A stretch of DNA of 64,000 bases, from IMG/VR virus record IMGVR_UViG_3300050821_002540, positions 9,694-73,693 of that record. The stretch is one strand, 5' to 3'. Shown here one piece after another: positions 49,295 through 60,250 of the stretch. The DNA comes from a virus. Both the position numbers and the translations under genes were made by a program. Positions within the stretch are counted from its first letter, which is position 1, and each line of letters opens with the position of its first letter. The notes beneath the pieces are model-generated. The model did not search any database. It was not told where the DNA came from and saw nothing but the letters and a program-made list of their open reading frames with translations.

Positions 49295-50398
49295 TCATAT
49301 TACTCGCGTCCTTGCCTTGCGGGTAATCTTGTTGTTCTCCACCCTCTGCCTCAGGTCAGAGATACCGGCTCCGGCCGGTGGGTCACTAACACCATACCCG
49401 CCACGGTTCTGTGTTACTGCCTTCTGCGGGGCCGCCTGACCACCATATGCATTAGGCTCCTGGGTAAGCCACACAACGGCCTCTGCAATAGCTAGCTGCC
49501 TTGCGAGGGATGGCACATCATTGACCACTATTGGGGCGTTGTTGGAGTGTATGGCGGCCGCAGTACCGAGCTGGCCACGGAGGACGTTTATCTGCCTTCG
49601 GGCATAGAGGGTGCCGCTTCCGTGAGATGTCAGGATTGATGCATCCCAGGCCCTCTTGACGACCATTGTATTCCCGACAATACTTTGTATTAGTATCCAT
49701 TCTGAGTCTACCTGGAGAACCTCTCCCTGGGTGAACTTCGTGCCATCAGCCACCATGACAATATTGTCTGCAGCGCTAGCGGATGAAAGCCCAGAGTAAG
49801 AAATTGTTGTGTCTATAAATCGTGTTCCTGTTATTATCATCCTCTCCGAGTCAACAATTATGACGTCGCCAACCCCGGTAGACACGCCATCGCTGACGGT
49901 TAGGGTAAGGTCAGTAGCAAGAGCGGAGCTAGCGAGGGTACCGGCCGCCCGCGTCTGCATCCAGTAGCCAAACGTACCCGTTATGGCAATGTCAAGCTGT
50001 GGAGTGTTATTATAGCCAAAGGCAAAGTTCATATCCCGGCGAAGCTCAATCCTGGTAAACGGAGGCCCCTCATTGATCGGATGGCAGATAACAGCCGATA
50101 CCGGGATTACAACAGGATTAGGAAGCAGGCTGCCGGTAGTTACCTGGGTTGGTATTGCAGCCAGCTCGTACTGGTCTAGCCATACCTTCCAGGGGTATGA
50201 GTACTGGTAGTTTGGCCAGTCCCATCGCCGCGTAGCGTCGAGCGGGTAGAACTTCCTGCCGGTCAGGGACTCAACAGCATCGGTAGCGGAACAGATGGCA
50301 CGGTCAACCTGATTGTCGGTGTACGCAGCCTGCTTGACATCGAGTGCCCGGCGTACCTGCTCCCGAGTCGTATAGCATGGCTGATTAACTATAGCCAT
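49295..50398 (-). CDS. Head-to-tail adaptor
   Basis: CYTTRE.V..ALD...D.AI.SA...VE..TGRKFYP; ITG.FGY. Confidence 0.7.
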   Translation of the reverse strand: MAIVNQPCYTTREQVRRALDVKQAAYTDNQVDRAICSATDAVESLTGRKFYPLDATRRWDWPNYQYSYPWKVWLDQYELAAIPTQVTTGSLLPNPVVIPVSAVICHPINEGPPFTRIELRRDMNFAFGYNNTPQLDIAITGTFGYWMQTRAAGTLASSALATDLTLTVSDGVSTGVGDVIIVDSERMIITGTRFIDTTISYSGLSSASAADNIVMVADGTKFTQGEVLQVDSEWILIQSIVGNTMVVKRAWDASILTSHGSGTLYARRQINVLRGQLGTAAAIHSNNAPIVVNDVPSLARQLAIAEAVVWLTQEPNAYGGQAAPQKAVTQNRGGYGVSDPPAGAGISDLRQRVENNKITRKARTRVI

Positions 50399-50467
50399 TC
50401 CGTGCCATCCCTTACCCTTGCTGTCTTGGCGCCTCTGTCGAGGGGGATTGCTTATTCAGTTAGGGGC

Positions 50468-50498
50468 CGCTAGGTGGGCGGGGGTCCCCACCTAGCGG
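50468..50498 (-). terminator. Hairpin after the head genes
   Basis: CCGCTAGGTGGG/CCCACCTAGCGG inverted repeat in an intergenic gap; no clear U-tract. Confidence 0.45.
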
Positions 50499-50523
50499 CG
50501 TCTATGGGACCAGGAAGCCACCA

Positions 50524-50982
50524 CTAGCTGGCACTTCCTCGCTTGCTCCCTTTAGTCACCCGGAGAGTAGCTGCCGCCCCTGCTGGAGCTGAGTCCGCCG
50601 AAGAGTCCTGCTGGCTCTGCTGGCCGGATGTAGTCTCTTGGCCACTGCCATCCGTCGAATGGGCAGAAGAGGATTCCGGGTTCTGAGGCTGGTCCTTGGA
50701 GTAGGGGCTGTCCGTCGTGCGGGCAGGCGACCGGGGGTCGGTCATGGAAGAAGTGCCACTCTTGTCTGGCCTGCTTCCGGATGTCGAGGAGCTGGTACCA
50801 GGAGATACGTAATCCTCCCTGTCTTCCTGAATGTCTGCTTCCGCTGACCTTGCCGTTGCTAGTCCGAGCTGTTCCTCCTCAGTCTCTGCATTGAAAGCAA
50901 TCTCTTCTGTCGACGGATTGTAGTAAGAGACCTTCTCACCGGCAGCACCATTGCTGTATCCGGCATCACTTGCTCTTGGCAT
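50524..50982 (-). CDS. Low-complexity Ser/Thr-rich hypothetical protein
   Basis: RBS GGAAGG before ATG 50982. Confidence 0.5.
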   Translation of the reverse strand: MPRASDAGYSNGAAGEKVSYYNPSTEEIAFNAETEEEQLGLATARSAEADIQEDREDYVSPGTSSSTSGSRPDKSGTSSMTDPRSPARTTDSPYSKDQPQNPESSSAHSTDGSGQETTSGQQSQQDSSADSAPAGAAATLRVTKGSKRGSAS

Positions 50983-51332
50983 CAGACTTCCTTCCGCCAG
51001 TCTTGACCTGCGGCTCCGGGGAGACCGTCCCCACCGCCTCATCCTCCTGAGTGCCACTCTCAGGGTCCAGAGCCGCAGGGGCTTCAGTGACCGCGTCCTC
51101 GGGCGGACGCGGCTTCCTACATTGCGGACATGCATCCAGGCCCATGATGTTTTTGGTGCCGCACTCAATGCAGTCCCAGAAACTTGCCATCATGAAACCT
51201 TCCAGGGTCCCCACTCATTAAGCTTGCTGGTTGCCGGGGATGCCTTCCCGACCTTGATAAGCGTTGCAATCTCGGTTGTGACATCGGCGCTACTCGGCCC
51301 GGCTGTTCCTGAGATCCTTGCCATGATTCCTC

Positions 51333-51857
51333 CTATACTGCGGTTACGCTTGCACCGACAACTAGCGGGACATAGGAGCACGTCCAGCTCATCGCGCCGG
51401 TATTGGTGGCTGATGTAGTTATGGTGATAACGCCCGGCGATACAACCGCAATGCCACCATTAGCAAGCGGTGCTCCAGCCGCCGTATAGGCTGCAATACC
51501 GCCACCCATCACACCGCTCGCCGGACTCTGCAGCAAGACGGCTGGGGTAGCGGTCCCGGTAAACGGGGCAACAGCAACATATGCACCAACCGGGAGGCTA
51601 GCAACCCCAGTTCCTGCAGTGGCAAGTACGGCCGGTGCCGACGACCCGCCAGTAGGTGTAGCGCCAATTGTAATGGTCGTTGCCGTTGCGGAGCATGCAG
51701 TTGTGACCAGGCCGGTCAGGCTGGTGATTAGAACAGGACCGACATTGACCGTGAATATGGAAGCCAGTCCCGTCGCCGGGAGAACCTTTGCAGGTTCAAG
51801 AACCATTAGCCCATACTCGCCCTCACGAGCCTGGACGGCCTGATCATATACTGACAT
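51333..51857 (-). CDS. Capsid decoration-like structural protein
   Basis: After the capsid gene; resembles 51866-52348 (IFTV..G.V...L.G.V.T; TGA.[ST]W). Confidence 0.55.
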   Translation of the reverse strand: MSVYDQAVQAREGEYGLMVLEPAKVLPATGLASIFTVNVGPVLITSLTGLVTTACSATATTITIGATPTGGSSAPAVLATAGTGVASLPVGAYVAVAPFTGTATPAVLLQSPASGVMGGGIAAYTAAGAPLANGGIAVVSPGVITITTSATNTGAMSWTCSYVPLVVGASVTAV

Positions 51858-51865
51858 TGCCCCTC

Positions 51866-52348
51866 CTAGTTCGTCGTGACCGTTGCAGCCTGGTTGGCAC
51901 CAAGACCCACCCAGTGTAGGATCCAGGTAATGGCACCAGTTGTCGAGGCATCAGAGGTGCAGGTAATGATGGTGTTCGCACACTCAAACATTACGAGCGA
52001 TGAAGGTGCGCCCGTAGCCACAACCGGGGCCGGAAGTGCAGCCCCAATCTTCTGTGGTAGCACGATCACGGACCCGGCCGCCTGGGCATTCAGGGCTACG
52101 GTAGAGCCAGCCGCAAGTAGGGCAGCACTTCCAGTAATCCCGATTGTCAGGTGCTGGGCAACAGCACCAAGTGCAGTCGAGACAACACCGCATAGTGTCG
52201 CCTGGATCGAGCCGACCACCGTGAACAGGCTGATCGTGTTTGACTGCGGGTTCGTCTTCCCGAAGCTAACCTGGCATACACCAGGATCGGCATACCCATG
52301 GGGCATGTCGATTGGCCGGATGGCGTACCCGCGAGCAAGGTCAGCCAT
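51866..52348 (-). CDS. Capsid decoration-like structural protein
   Basis: Resembles 51333-51857. Confidence 0.55.
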   Translation of the reverse strand: MADLARGYAIRPIDMPHGYADPGVCQVSFGKTNPQSNTISLFTVVGSIQATLCGVVSTALGAVAQHLTIGITGSAALLAAGSTVALNAQAAGSVIVLPQKIGAALPAPVVATGAPSSLVMFECANTIITCTSDASTTGAITWILHWVGLGANQAATVTTN

Positions 52349-52351
52349 GGC

Positions 52352-52846
52352 TCACGCTGCCAGGATCGGAAGGTTGGCCGGGCCGCGCTGGTGAACCAGG
52401 TCGGACAGGATCACTGAGCAGGTAACGCCGCCAGACCCACCCATCGTCACGTTGAGGTAGTTGAACGGGTCCGACAGCTCAGTGGTGAAGAGCGTGAACG
52501 CTACCTGCGTAATGGTGAGTGAGGTATAGGTGTTGAGCGCGCTGAACAGGAACGTCTGCGCGGGCAGGCCTGTGAGATACAGACCGGCAATCGTAACGCC
52601 GGGGACATAGGTAATCTTGCCCCATGCCGCCGTACCGTTGACTGCGGTGCTGTAGTAAAGGTTCTTGATGCACGCCAGGTTCGTGTCACCACCACCGAAG
52701 CTGCTACGCTCCGTGATGGACACCGACGTGGTAGAGACTCCGGTCACGACAACGAGAGCCGAGCTGGCCTCACGCATCTTGAACGGCTGTCCAGATGCGA
52801 CCGGGATCACATTACAGTTCCGGCCGAGTACTTCCATTCCTGCCAT
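52352..52846 (-). CDS. Head-associated structural protein
   Basis: Position; ME.LGR..NV and DL..QR.PANL termini. Confidence 0.55.
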   Translation of the reverse strand: MAGMEVLGRNCNVIPVASGQPFKMREASSALVVVTGVSTTSVSITERSSFGGGDTNLACIKNLYYSTAVNGTAAWGKITYVPGVTIAGLYLTGLPAQTFLFSALNTYTSLTITQVAFTLFTTELSDPFNYLNVTMGGSGGVTCSVILSDLVHQRGPANLPILAA

Positions 52847-53416
52847 TTGACTTCCTCCTTGGAAGTGGGTGTCACTGCACTTCTGCTAACTCGGGGCCGG
52901 GGGTTTTAATGCCCGGCCCCTACCTGTAAAGCCGGGGCGGGTGCCGCAGGCTTTGGCGCGAATGATGCCTGGATCGACATGCTCAGGAAGCCAGCCGACC
53001 CTACACCCCCATCCGAGTGTCCGCTGACGCCGACCGTATACCGGACATTATGCGTTGCATCCGGCTCGGTCTGGTCCTCAGTAACCACGGTGGTGGCAAA
53101 GTCCCTGGCAAGATCGCCAAGACTATTGCCATTGGTCTGGGCACTCGCGAGTGCTGCAAGGGTCTCGCCCCTGTCACCGGCGGCCGTGAATGAGAAGCTC
53201 ACTTGGGACTCTCCTTGTAGTGCGTGCCCTCGGCATGGATGACCGGGAAGTCATTGACATTCCTTGTCACCTTGATGTGCTCAGCCTGCCAGGTACCCTC
53301 GACCGGAACGTGCCCATTGACCACGTACCTGCCATCTGCACTCTTGTCGATAGCGGTACCGACCGGGTCAAGCTCTGCCTTGCCGTCCTTGACCACGACG
53401 ACGAACGAGTAGCTCA

Positions 53417-54835
53417 TCAACGGCTCGCAAGCTGAACGAAGGGGGTAAGGGTGTTGGCCGAGTTGTTGTGCGGGGTGATCGGTGACTGGATCCAGGGACG
53501 GCCATCCAGCCGCTCGATGACCCGGAAGGCAGTCTTGTCGTTCTGGAACTTGTAGTGCTCAGAAGACATCGACTGCATCATCTGGCGGTCACCGATGAGG
53601 TAGTAGCCGAAGTCAACGAAGCTGATGTCACCAGTGGTGCCAAGGGCTGGCGTCTTCTCGGTGAAGAACACCGGACGGCCCAGGATGGTAACGGGAGGGG
53701 TTGCGGTGCCGGGGTTAGTGTAGTTACCCATCCAGACCGGGCCACCACCAGTACCGACAGACAGCGCCATCGTCGCGAGTTCTGGGAAGGTGTCGATGGA
53801 GCAGATCCAGACGGCCCGTCCGAGCGCCGTGGGGAGCATCCGGGCGTACATGCCCACGACGTTCTCCCAGACGATCGTCTTGGTTGCCTGGCCCGCCTGA
53901 GCGGCCACCTGAATGCTGGCCGGGCAGTTTACGAAGCCAAGAGGCTCGCCAACGCCGGTCCCGGTCATGAACGCAATGTCCTCGAACCAGGCAATTGCGC
54001 GGGGGAAGATCGTGTCAAAGAAGCTGCCGAACGCAGGAGCGTCCGCAAGCAGCTCATTGGGAACTTCCGCGTACCCGGTCAGCTTCTTGGCGTCAAGTAC
54101 GACACGGCCGAAGCTTGCCTGGCTCTCAACGAGCTGGGCCGCCTCTTCTGTCCAGTAGCAGACAACCCCACCGAAGACCGAGCTCACATTGCTCGTCACG
54201 TCGATCATGGGGATAGGCACCCGGAGGGAGTCCATCGGGATGACCTGGGCACGAGGCCGCACGATTGCGTCTTCCAGGGCTACCTGGAGGATCTCAGAAC
54301 GCAGGACCTCAGGGATGAGGAACCCACCATCAGCCGGGACCTCAGAACCAAAGCTGTTCTGGATACGCAGGATCTCCGAGCGCACCTTGCCGAGCCGGTT
54401 GCTGTTCTTGAGGGTCTCATACCTCGGCCAGATACTCTGGAAGAACTCTGAGGTACTCTCCGGCATCGCACCGCCGTCGCCACCCGAAGCCTTGAGCTCA
54501 CGCTCCAGCTTCGCGCCGTACGAGTTGCTGTTATATGCGGCACCCTTGCCGTGACTAACGCTACGGCTGTCGAACTTGGGCGTAGCGGTCGAGTTGGAGA
54601 AGTTAAGGCGTGACCCGCCCATCCCATTCTCGCGCATGAAGTCGGCCAGGCCCGCCTGGACCTGCTCCTTGATCTGCGCCTGAAGGTTGTTGTCCTTCTC
54701 GACGGTCATACGGGCGTATGACTGGATGAACTCCTTGAACTGACCAGGCTCGGTCATCATCGCCCGGACGTTGCTTGGCTCCGCGAGGAAGCTCTCCAGC
54801 TCGTCAGGATTCGACGGGATTGTGATCTTTGGCAT
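53417..54835 (-). CDS. HK97-fold major capsid protein
   Basis: DGGFLIPE, W.EE, KKL.GY..VPNELLAD, GTGVGEPLG, ILGRPV, AFRVIERLDGRP. Confidence 0.95.
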   Translation of the reverse strand: MPKITIPSNPDELESFLAEPSNVRAMMTEPGQFKEFIQSYARMTVEKDNNLQAQIKEQVQAGLADFMRENGMGGSRLNFSNSTATPKFDSRSVSHGKGAAYNSNSYGAKLERELKASGGDGGAMPESTSEFFQSIWPRYETLKNSNRLGKVRSEILRIQNSFGSEVPADGGFLIPEVLRSEILQVALEDAIVRPRAQVIPMDSLRVPIPMIDVTSNVSSVFGGVVCYWTEEAAQLVESQASFGRVVLDAKKLTGYAEVPNELLADAPAFGSFFDTIFPRAIAWFEDIAFMTGTGVGEPLGFVNCPASIQVAAQAGQATKTIVWENVVGMYARMLPTALGRAVWICSIDTFPELATMALSVGTGGGPVWMGNYTNPGTATPPVTILGRPVFFTEKTPALGTTGDISFVDFGYYLIGDRQMMQSMSSEHYKFQNDKTAFRVIERLDGRPWIQSPITPHNNSANTLTPFVQLASR

Positions 54836-54844
54836 GGTTTCCTC

Positions 54845-56089
54845 TCAGAACCTAAATGAACTGGAAAACTTCTCCAGATCCTCGTTGCTAAGCCCGAACG
54901 GATTGTCCGCGCTGGCCTCTGGCTTCCAGTCAGGATTGACTTCCCGCATATGAGCCTCAAGGTGGCTCCGGGCAGCATCCTCATTGGTGAGGCCCTTTGT
55001 CTCACCGATGCGACGCAGTGCCGCCTCGACACCGTGCACGTTCGGCGGGCCACCAGGCCTGTAGTGGTGGGGAAGTGCCCAGGAATCCTGGGCATCCGGG
55101 TCACCGCTACGCTTCCCGGCGCAGATTGCCTTATAGGCCGCTGCAGGACTGTCTGCCGTCGCCGCCGCACTCATAGCCCGGCTAGCGTCCCACGTCGAGT
55201 TGTCGATCGTGTTTGTCAGCCGGTTCTGCGCACTGCTACTGTGCCCACCATGCGGATGCTGACCTGGGTGGTTGTGGTCAGAATCGTTGTTGTGGGTATG
55301 AGGGCCGTCACCACCATGGATGCCATCATCGGCATCCCCGTCTCCGTGAGCGGCGTGGTCGTGAGTGTGAGTGCCAGTCATAGGCAGATGCCGTGCCTGG
55401 TGCTCTCCGACATAGGGAACGGTCGCCGCGTCCGTCGCTGGCTGGGTACGGAACGCAGCACCCAGGTTCCAGCGGTCATCGACCCGGTGGTCTGTCGTGT
55501 GCCGCGTCTGGCTACTTGGAATGAACCTGTCGGCTAGGCCACTGTCAATGGCCTCCTGGCTGTCATACCAGGTTTCAGCCTTCATGATCTCACGCCAGTA
55601 CCCAAGCGGCTTCCCAGTGTGATCCGCATAGACACTTGCAATAAGGCTGCTCGCCTTGTCGAGCACCTCAGCCTGGTCACGGAAGTCCTGAGCGCTCCCG
55701 ATGGCCATTGCATAGCCATCATGGACCATCATCTGGGCCGTCCGGGCAATCAGGATGGGATTGCCAGCCATGGCGATAACAGATGCAATCGACGCAGCAA
55801 TGCCGTCAATCATCACCGTCACGTCATTCCTCGACATCAGGGTGTTGTAAATGGCGATGCCCTCATGCACCTCGCCACCCGGACTGTTCAGGTGCAGCTC
55901 AATCGGCCCGTTCACATCCGCGAGATCGCGAATTAGGTCCTTGGCGCTGACGCCAAAATACCCAATCTCATCGTAGATGTGAAGCTGAGTTGGCCCATTG
56001 ATCTGGTTCTTAATCCGGTACCACGTATTATTTCCGCCCTGGTGTAGAGCCCACTGCCTCTGTACTGTGCGCCATGGAGTGCGGCTCAT
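54845..56089 (-). CDS. ClpP-like prohead protease with C-terminal extension
   Basis: IYDEIG, LNSPGG.V.EG.AIYN, IDG.AASIASVIAMAG, MMVH, ETW...EA...GLAD. Confidence 0.92.
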   Translation of the reverse strand: MSRTPWRTVQRQWALHQGGNNTWYRIKNQINGPTQLHIYDEIGYFGVSAKDLIRDLADVNGPIELHLNSPGGEVHEGIAIYNTLMSRNDVTVMIDGIAASIASVIAMAGNPILIARTAQMMVHDGYAMAIGSAQDFRDQAEVLDKASSLIASVYADHTGKPLGYWREIMKAETWYDSQEAIDSGLADRFIPSSQTRHTTDHRVDDRWNLGAAFRTQPATDAATVPYVGEHQARHLPMTGTHTHDHAAHGDGDADDGIHGGDGPHTHNNDSDHNHPGQHPHGGHSSSAQNRLTNTIDNSTWDASRAMSAAATADSPAAAYKAICAGKRSGDPDAQDSWALPHHYRPGGPPNVHGVEAALRRIGETKGLTNEDAARSHLEAHMREVNPDWKPEASADNPFGLSNEDLEKFSSSFRF

Positions 56090-57519
56090 GCGTCTACCTC
56101 CCTCTTGTGTCCATTACCATTTCGCTTAGCATCCTGGAATGCCTCCCGGACAATCTCTCCTACATCCAGCGTCACCATGTCCTGGGCATGTCCGGCCGGT
56201 AGCGCTGCCGGGTTCGGCGGGTCAGAATCTGGCTTACCAGTAGCTGGGCGCTTCGCCGGGGGCGGGTTCCCAGTCACCTGAGGAGGCCCCAGGAACCGCA
56301 TGGCCGGCAGGCCAACCATCTTAAGGACGTCATCTGGCTCCCAGCCAGCCTCAACCAGAAGCTGGGCTGCCTTGCTCTTAGCAGTCAGCTCGTCATTAAC
56401 CTGGTCACTACTCGTCGGGAATGGATCGTCAAAGTCAAACTCAACGCCCTTCCCGGTCTCCCCGAACATATCAAGGTACCGGCTGTTCAGTACGTTCCGC
56501 TGCCTCCGGAGTCTTGGCACCTCGTGCCATGACACGTGGACTTCCTCAGCCGTCTGTGCATTAGCCCGGTTGACGTCATCCGAGTTGCCCAGCATAGCCT
56601 GGTGAATCCGGTAGGCCTGCCTGATCATGTCGCTGGTGATCTTCCGAAGGTCCGCAAACTGCATGTCGCGAAGTGTGTAGGTGTTCGGAATCCACTCAGC
56701 ACCCTGCTCAAGAACGCCGACCCGGTGCCCTCGGGCAACGCCCTGGTGCTGCTCTCGCCAGCGCTCAGTAAACTCATTAAACTCGTCATCGCTCAGGCGC
56801 TTGTTGAATACGACAATTCCGCCCGGCTGAGCCGAGTTGAGGAAGAAGTTCCTTGACCATTCAGCGGAGTACTTCGCAGAGTCAATGTCAACCAGGATGC
56901 TCTGACAGGCGGACAGGCCCCGGTACGGGTCAGACGGGTGCGGGTAGCGTAGCTGGATAACCTCATCATGGAGCAGCGGCACAGCCTCGCCGTTAGGCCC
57001 TGTGTACACCCATCCAACAAGGAAGTTGTCCCTGTCTGGTACAGGCTCCATCCGGTCGGGACGGACCGGCCACATCTCAATAGGCACGCCCTTGCCGGAC
57101 GGCCCCCGGTTCATTACCCAGTACCACTCACCGGCCAGCTCCATGTGCTGCCAGCCAACCTCACGGAAGTCCGCCCCGGTCATGAACGGGTTTGGCTGGT
57201 TCCACAAGCTTAGCGCAGCATGCCGGAGAACTTCCTGCCTCTGGTCGCTGCCCTTGTCTGTCTGGGCATACCGGACCCGGCCGTCCTTGTTCTCCCGGAA
57301 CATCTTCCAGCCACCCTGGCTCTGACTACCAGTCGAGAGCAGCTGAATGATTGCATACAGAGTGCCCTGCATCCCGCTCGCCTGGAGCTGGGTGAAGCGG
57401 TCCTGCATACCAGAGCCGTACAAGCCGCCCTGGTTGTTCCACCTGCTGCTGAACGGGATCGGCCTTTGTGGCTGCTTGCTAAGATTGATGATCTTGCGTA
57501 TAAGGCTCTTGTTAGCCAC
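56086..57519 (-). CDS. HK97-family portal protein
   Basis: PNPFMT, L.GE.Y, P..RPD, EVI..RY..P..YRGLS, FF.NSA.PGG, N.ANA. Confidence 0.92.
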   Translation of the reverse strand: MANKSLIRKIINLSKQPQRPIPFSSRWNNQGGLYGSGMQDRFTQLQASGMQGTLYAIIQLLSTGSQSQGGWKMFRENKDGRVRYAQTDKGSDQRQEVLRHAALSLWNQPNPFMTGADFREVGWQHMELAGEWYWVMNRGPSGKGVPIEMWPVRPDRMEPVPDRDNFLVGWVYTGPNGEAVPLLHDEVIQLRYPHPSDPYRGLSACQSILVDIDSAKYSAEWSRNFFLNSAQPGGIVVFNKRLSDDEFNEFTERWREQHQGVARGHRVGVLEQGAEWIPNTYTLRDMQFADLRKITSDMIRQAYRIHQAMLGNSDDVNRANAQTAEEVHVSWHEVPRLRRQRNVLNSRYLDMFGETGKGVEFDFDDPFPTSSDQVNDELTAKSKAAQLLVEAGWEPDDVLKMVGLPAMRFLGPPQVTGNPPPAKRPATGKPDSDPPNPAALPAGHAQDMVTLDVGEIVREAFQDAKRNGNGHKREVDA

Positions 57520-58299
57520 CCTCAGTAACAGGAGTGGCCTGCCTCTGCTCTTGCTCTTTGGCTATCCTAGCGCCAGTAAGAAGTCGCGCCACCTGGCTGT
57601 CAGGAACACGCTGCCAATTCTGTCGATATGGCCGGTTCTCAAGATCATACTTCTGGGCAGCCTTAACCAGATCCTCAATCTTCACGAGCTGCTCCTGGTC
57701 CTGCGCGCGAGGTTCCGGCCCCGGAACTTCCTCTTGAGCACAAGCCTATTGCACAGCCGGCACTGGAATGAGCAAGCTGTCCCAAGGTTCCTGTTGCTGG
57801 CCTCCTGGGCCCAATGACGGTGCCTAGCCAGGATGCACATAAAGTACTCCATAACCATAACAGTCCAGCCCTACTAGCATGAATGGAAACCCATCCAGTG
57901 TCCTTATCGCCCGGAGTAACCGGAAAGGCAACGTAACTGCCAGGAACCGTAAAGTCACAGACAAAGCCAGGCTCAGCGCCACATTCCCCGCACCGGTCAA
58001 AGATGACCTCATCAAAAGTCGCAATGTCCTCGGTCTCCATAAATCGCTCACCGCAAAGCTCAGGATTAGGGTGAGAAAGCCACTTACAAGGAGGCCGGAA
58101 AAGGTCGAATGGTAGAAGGATGCTGCGGAGAAAAGCCCAAATGAGGCCCAAGTATAGGCGTGATCAACGAAGTTACTGACTGCAGGCCGGGATCGGGCCA
58201 GAATGGTCCCTAGAACAGCCTGCATCGCAATTTCGAGCATTTTTGCCGCTCTTGCGCGTGCACGGCCTGCATCCTGGAGCCAGTACTCGGTCGGGGCCG

Positions 58300-58482
58300 T
58301 CATACGGCACCTGACAGCATCCAGGCGGAAAATCCGCCAAATCCCCATGCCCATGCCGTTGCACTGAAGATGTCAGCGCCCGCCGTCGTGATTGCCGCGA
58401 GGAAGAAGCATACGGCCCCTACCACAAGCAAGATCCTGCTCACAGTAACCCTCGTTGCCTGTCTATTGTTCGGAGTAGTCAT
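58300..58482 (-). CDS. Small membrane protein
   Basis: Two hydrophobic helices; RBS GGAGG. Confidence 0.55.
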   Translation of the reverse strand: MTTPNNRQATRVTVSRILLVVGAVCFFLAAITTAGADIFSATAWAWGFGGFSAWMLSGAV

Positions 58483-58874
58483 GACCCCTCCTTGTTTGTC
58501 AAGGTTAGGATGTACCTCTGAACGTTCATAAGCATATCTAGGCCAAGGACCATCCCCGGCCCCTCAGGAACCTCTTCGGCAATCTGTAGGGCTGTAGTGG
58601 CAAAGGCAACTGCAATGTTTCGCCAGCTCCCCTCCGGAAGATGGCCATAGCCAAACGAGCTAAGAGCCTCCTCAGAATCACTGCCCTTGGGCCGCCCGTT
58701 CGTGTTCTCCATATACGTCCATCCGTGAGTGCAGCCTGGCCCATGAACCCTTATCCCTATATTGCTTACAAAGCAAGTCTCGACAGGCTCATGAAGCCAT
58801 GGCGCCGTACAATGCCCAGGATCACGAGAGCACTCAATTAGGTGCGCCTTAACAAGCTGTCCCTGGAGGCTCAT
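58479..58874 (-). CDS. Hypothetical protein
   Basis: Coupled to terminase; F.Y.HLP motif. Confidence 0.55.
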   Translation of the reverse strand: MSLQGQLVKAHLIECSRDPGHCTAPWLHEPVETCFVSNIGIRVHGPGCTHGWTYMENTNGRPKGSDSEEALSSFGYGHLPEGSWRNIAVAFATTALQIAEEVPEGPGMVLGLDMLMNVQRYILTLTNKEGS

Positions 58875-60250
58875 GCTATAAAGCTCCTAAAGATCACCCG
58901 GATGCCAAAGTCCTTGTACGCAACCATATACCGCATCGCGTCGCATCCGTGGTCATTCTCCTTGGCTGGCTGTTCCTTTGTCTTCTTGTCATCCCAGACA
59001 TACCCAGGAATCTCGTCAATGGTGCTAGCGGGCTTGCCAGCATCAATAAGCTCCGGGTCCGGGGCAGCATTAGCATTCCTCAGGAAGTACAGCCGTGGCC
59101 TATTGTCCTTCTGGAGGCGCATCATCTTCTGGGTGGCGTCAATGCCCTCAAGGACGCTCTTGTGGGCTGGCTCAGTCCCCATCCCCAGCTCACGCTCAAG
59201 GACGGCCCGCCCCTCAGCATCATGGTCACAGATCAGTGCACGGGGCCGTGGCTCGGTCCAGGCACCCCGGCTGTCCAGCACACAGGTCAGGATCTTGCGT
59301 GCATGCTGGTCAACGGTCTTCTGGGTCCGGTACAGCTCCCGGTACAGGTACAGCCGCCCATCCGGGTCCTCAGCCCAGCACTGGAGCACGAACGGGTTCG
59401 TAAACCCAAAGTCAACAGCCCAGTACCTCGGCCACGCCATAGGCACGCCGCTTGGGTCAACATGAGTTGCCGTTGTCTCAATTTCGTCAATAATGTGGAC
59501 GGTCGGGCTGAACTCCTCAAAGATGACGCCCTCGGCCGCAACCCACTTGCCCAGACGCAGCCGCTTGTGCCGAACCCCAGTCAGGTTGTCAAGCTTGCCG
59601 ATGTAGTCGGCACCCCGCGCTGTCTTCGTGCCATCCCTGTTAAACAGCATCGGGTTGTCCTCATGCGTGGTGTCAAACATCTTCGTTGCACCACGGTCAC
59701 ACCGCTTCTTGAGCCAGTGGTCTGGGGCCTGTGGGTTACAGTCACCCATCAGCTGCTGAAAGCTCACCTTCCAGTTCCTCAGCCGGGTGGTCAGGCTCTC
59801 CCAGTCATTCTCGGCAAGCTCGGTCGCTTCCTGGACATAGATCACGTCATACTCAGCGGACATGATCTTGCTTACCTTGTCCAGCCCACCGATCGCAACA
59901 ACGCTGCCATTCTTGTAGCGGTAGCTCGGCGGCTCCTGGGCGCTGCCTCCATAGTAGGTTACGTCGCCAGCATCAATGGCCTCCTTGGCCACAAAGTGCC
60001 TCCACGTCACCAGCGCCGTGCTGCTCAGGGAGGTAGCCGCCTTGCGGGCAATCAGGCCACGCATGCCAGGGTTGAGCAGGCACATGACATGGAGCTTCTC
60101 CATACACGCCCTGCTCTTCCCCGTCCCTGCAGGTCCAGACAACAGGAGCTCAGGCTCACGGCAGGACAGGATTGCCTTACAGCTACCGCGCGGGGTGTAG
60201 TGGTGCCTAACCCGTTCTGGCTCCCGGCTCCTGGCCTGCGTGGTGGTCAT
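58871..60250 (-). CDS. terL: Terminase large subunit (PBSX/Terminase_6-like)
   Basis: Walker A SGPAGTGKS; YVQEATE; DCNP..P.HW; AVDFGFTNP; NDHGCDAMRY. Confidence 0.95.
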   Translation of the reverse strand: MTTTQARSREPERVRHHYTPRGSCKAILSCREPELLLSGPAGTGKSRACMEKLHVMCLLNPGMRGLIARKAATSLSSTALVTWRHFVAKEAIDAGDVTYYGGSAQEPPSYRYKNGSVVAIGGLDKVSKIMSAEYDVIYVQEATELAENDWESLTTRLRNWKVSFQQLMGDCNPQAPDHWLKKRCDRGATKMFDTTHEDNPMLFNRDGTKTARGADYIGKLDNLTGVRHKRLRLGKWVAAEGVIFEEFSPTVHIIDEIETTATHVDPSGVPMAWPRYWAVDFGFTNPFVLQCWAEDPDGRLYLYRELYRTQKTVDQHARKILTCVLDSRGAWTEPRPRALICDHDAEGRAVLERELGMGTEPAHKSVLEGIDATQKMMRLQKDNRPRLYFLRNANAAPDPELIDAGKPASTIDEIPGYVWDDKKTKEQPAKENDHGCDAMRYMVAYKDFGIRVIFRSFIA

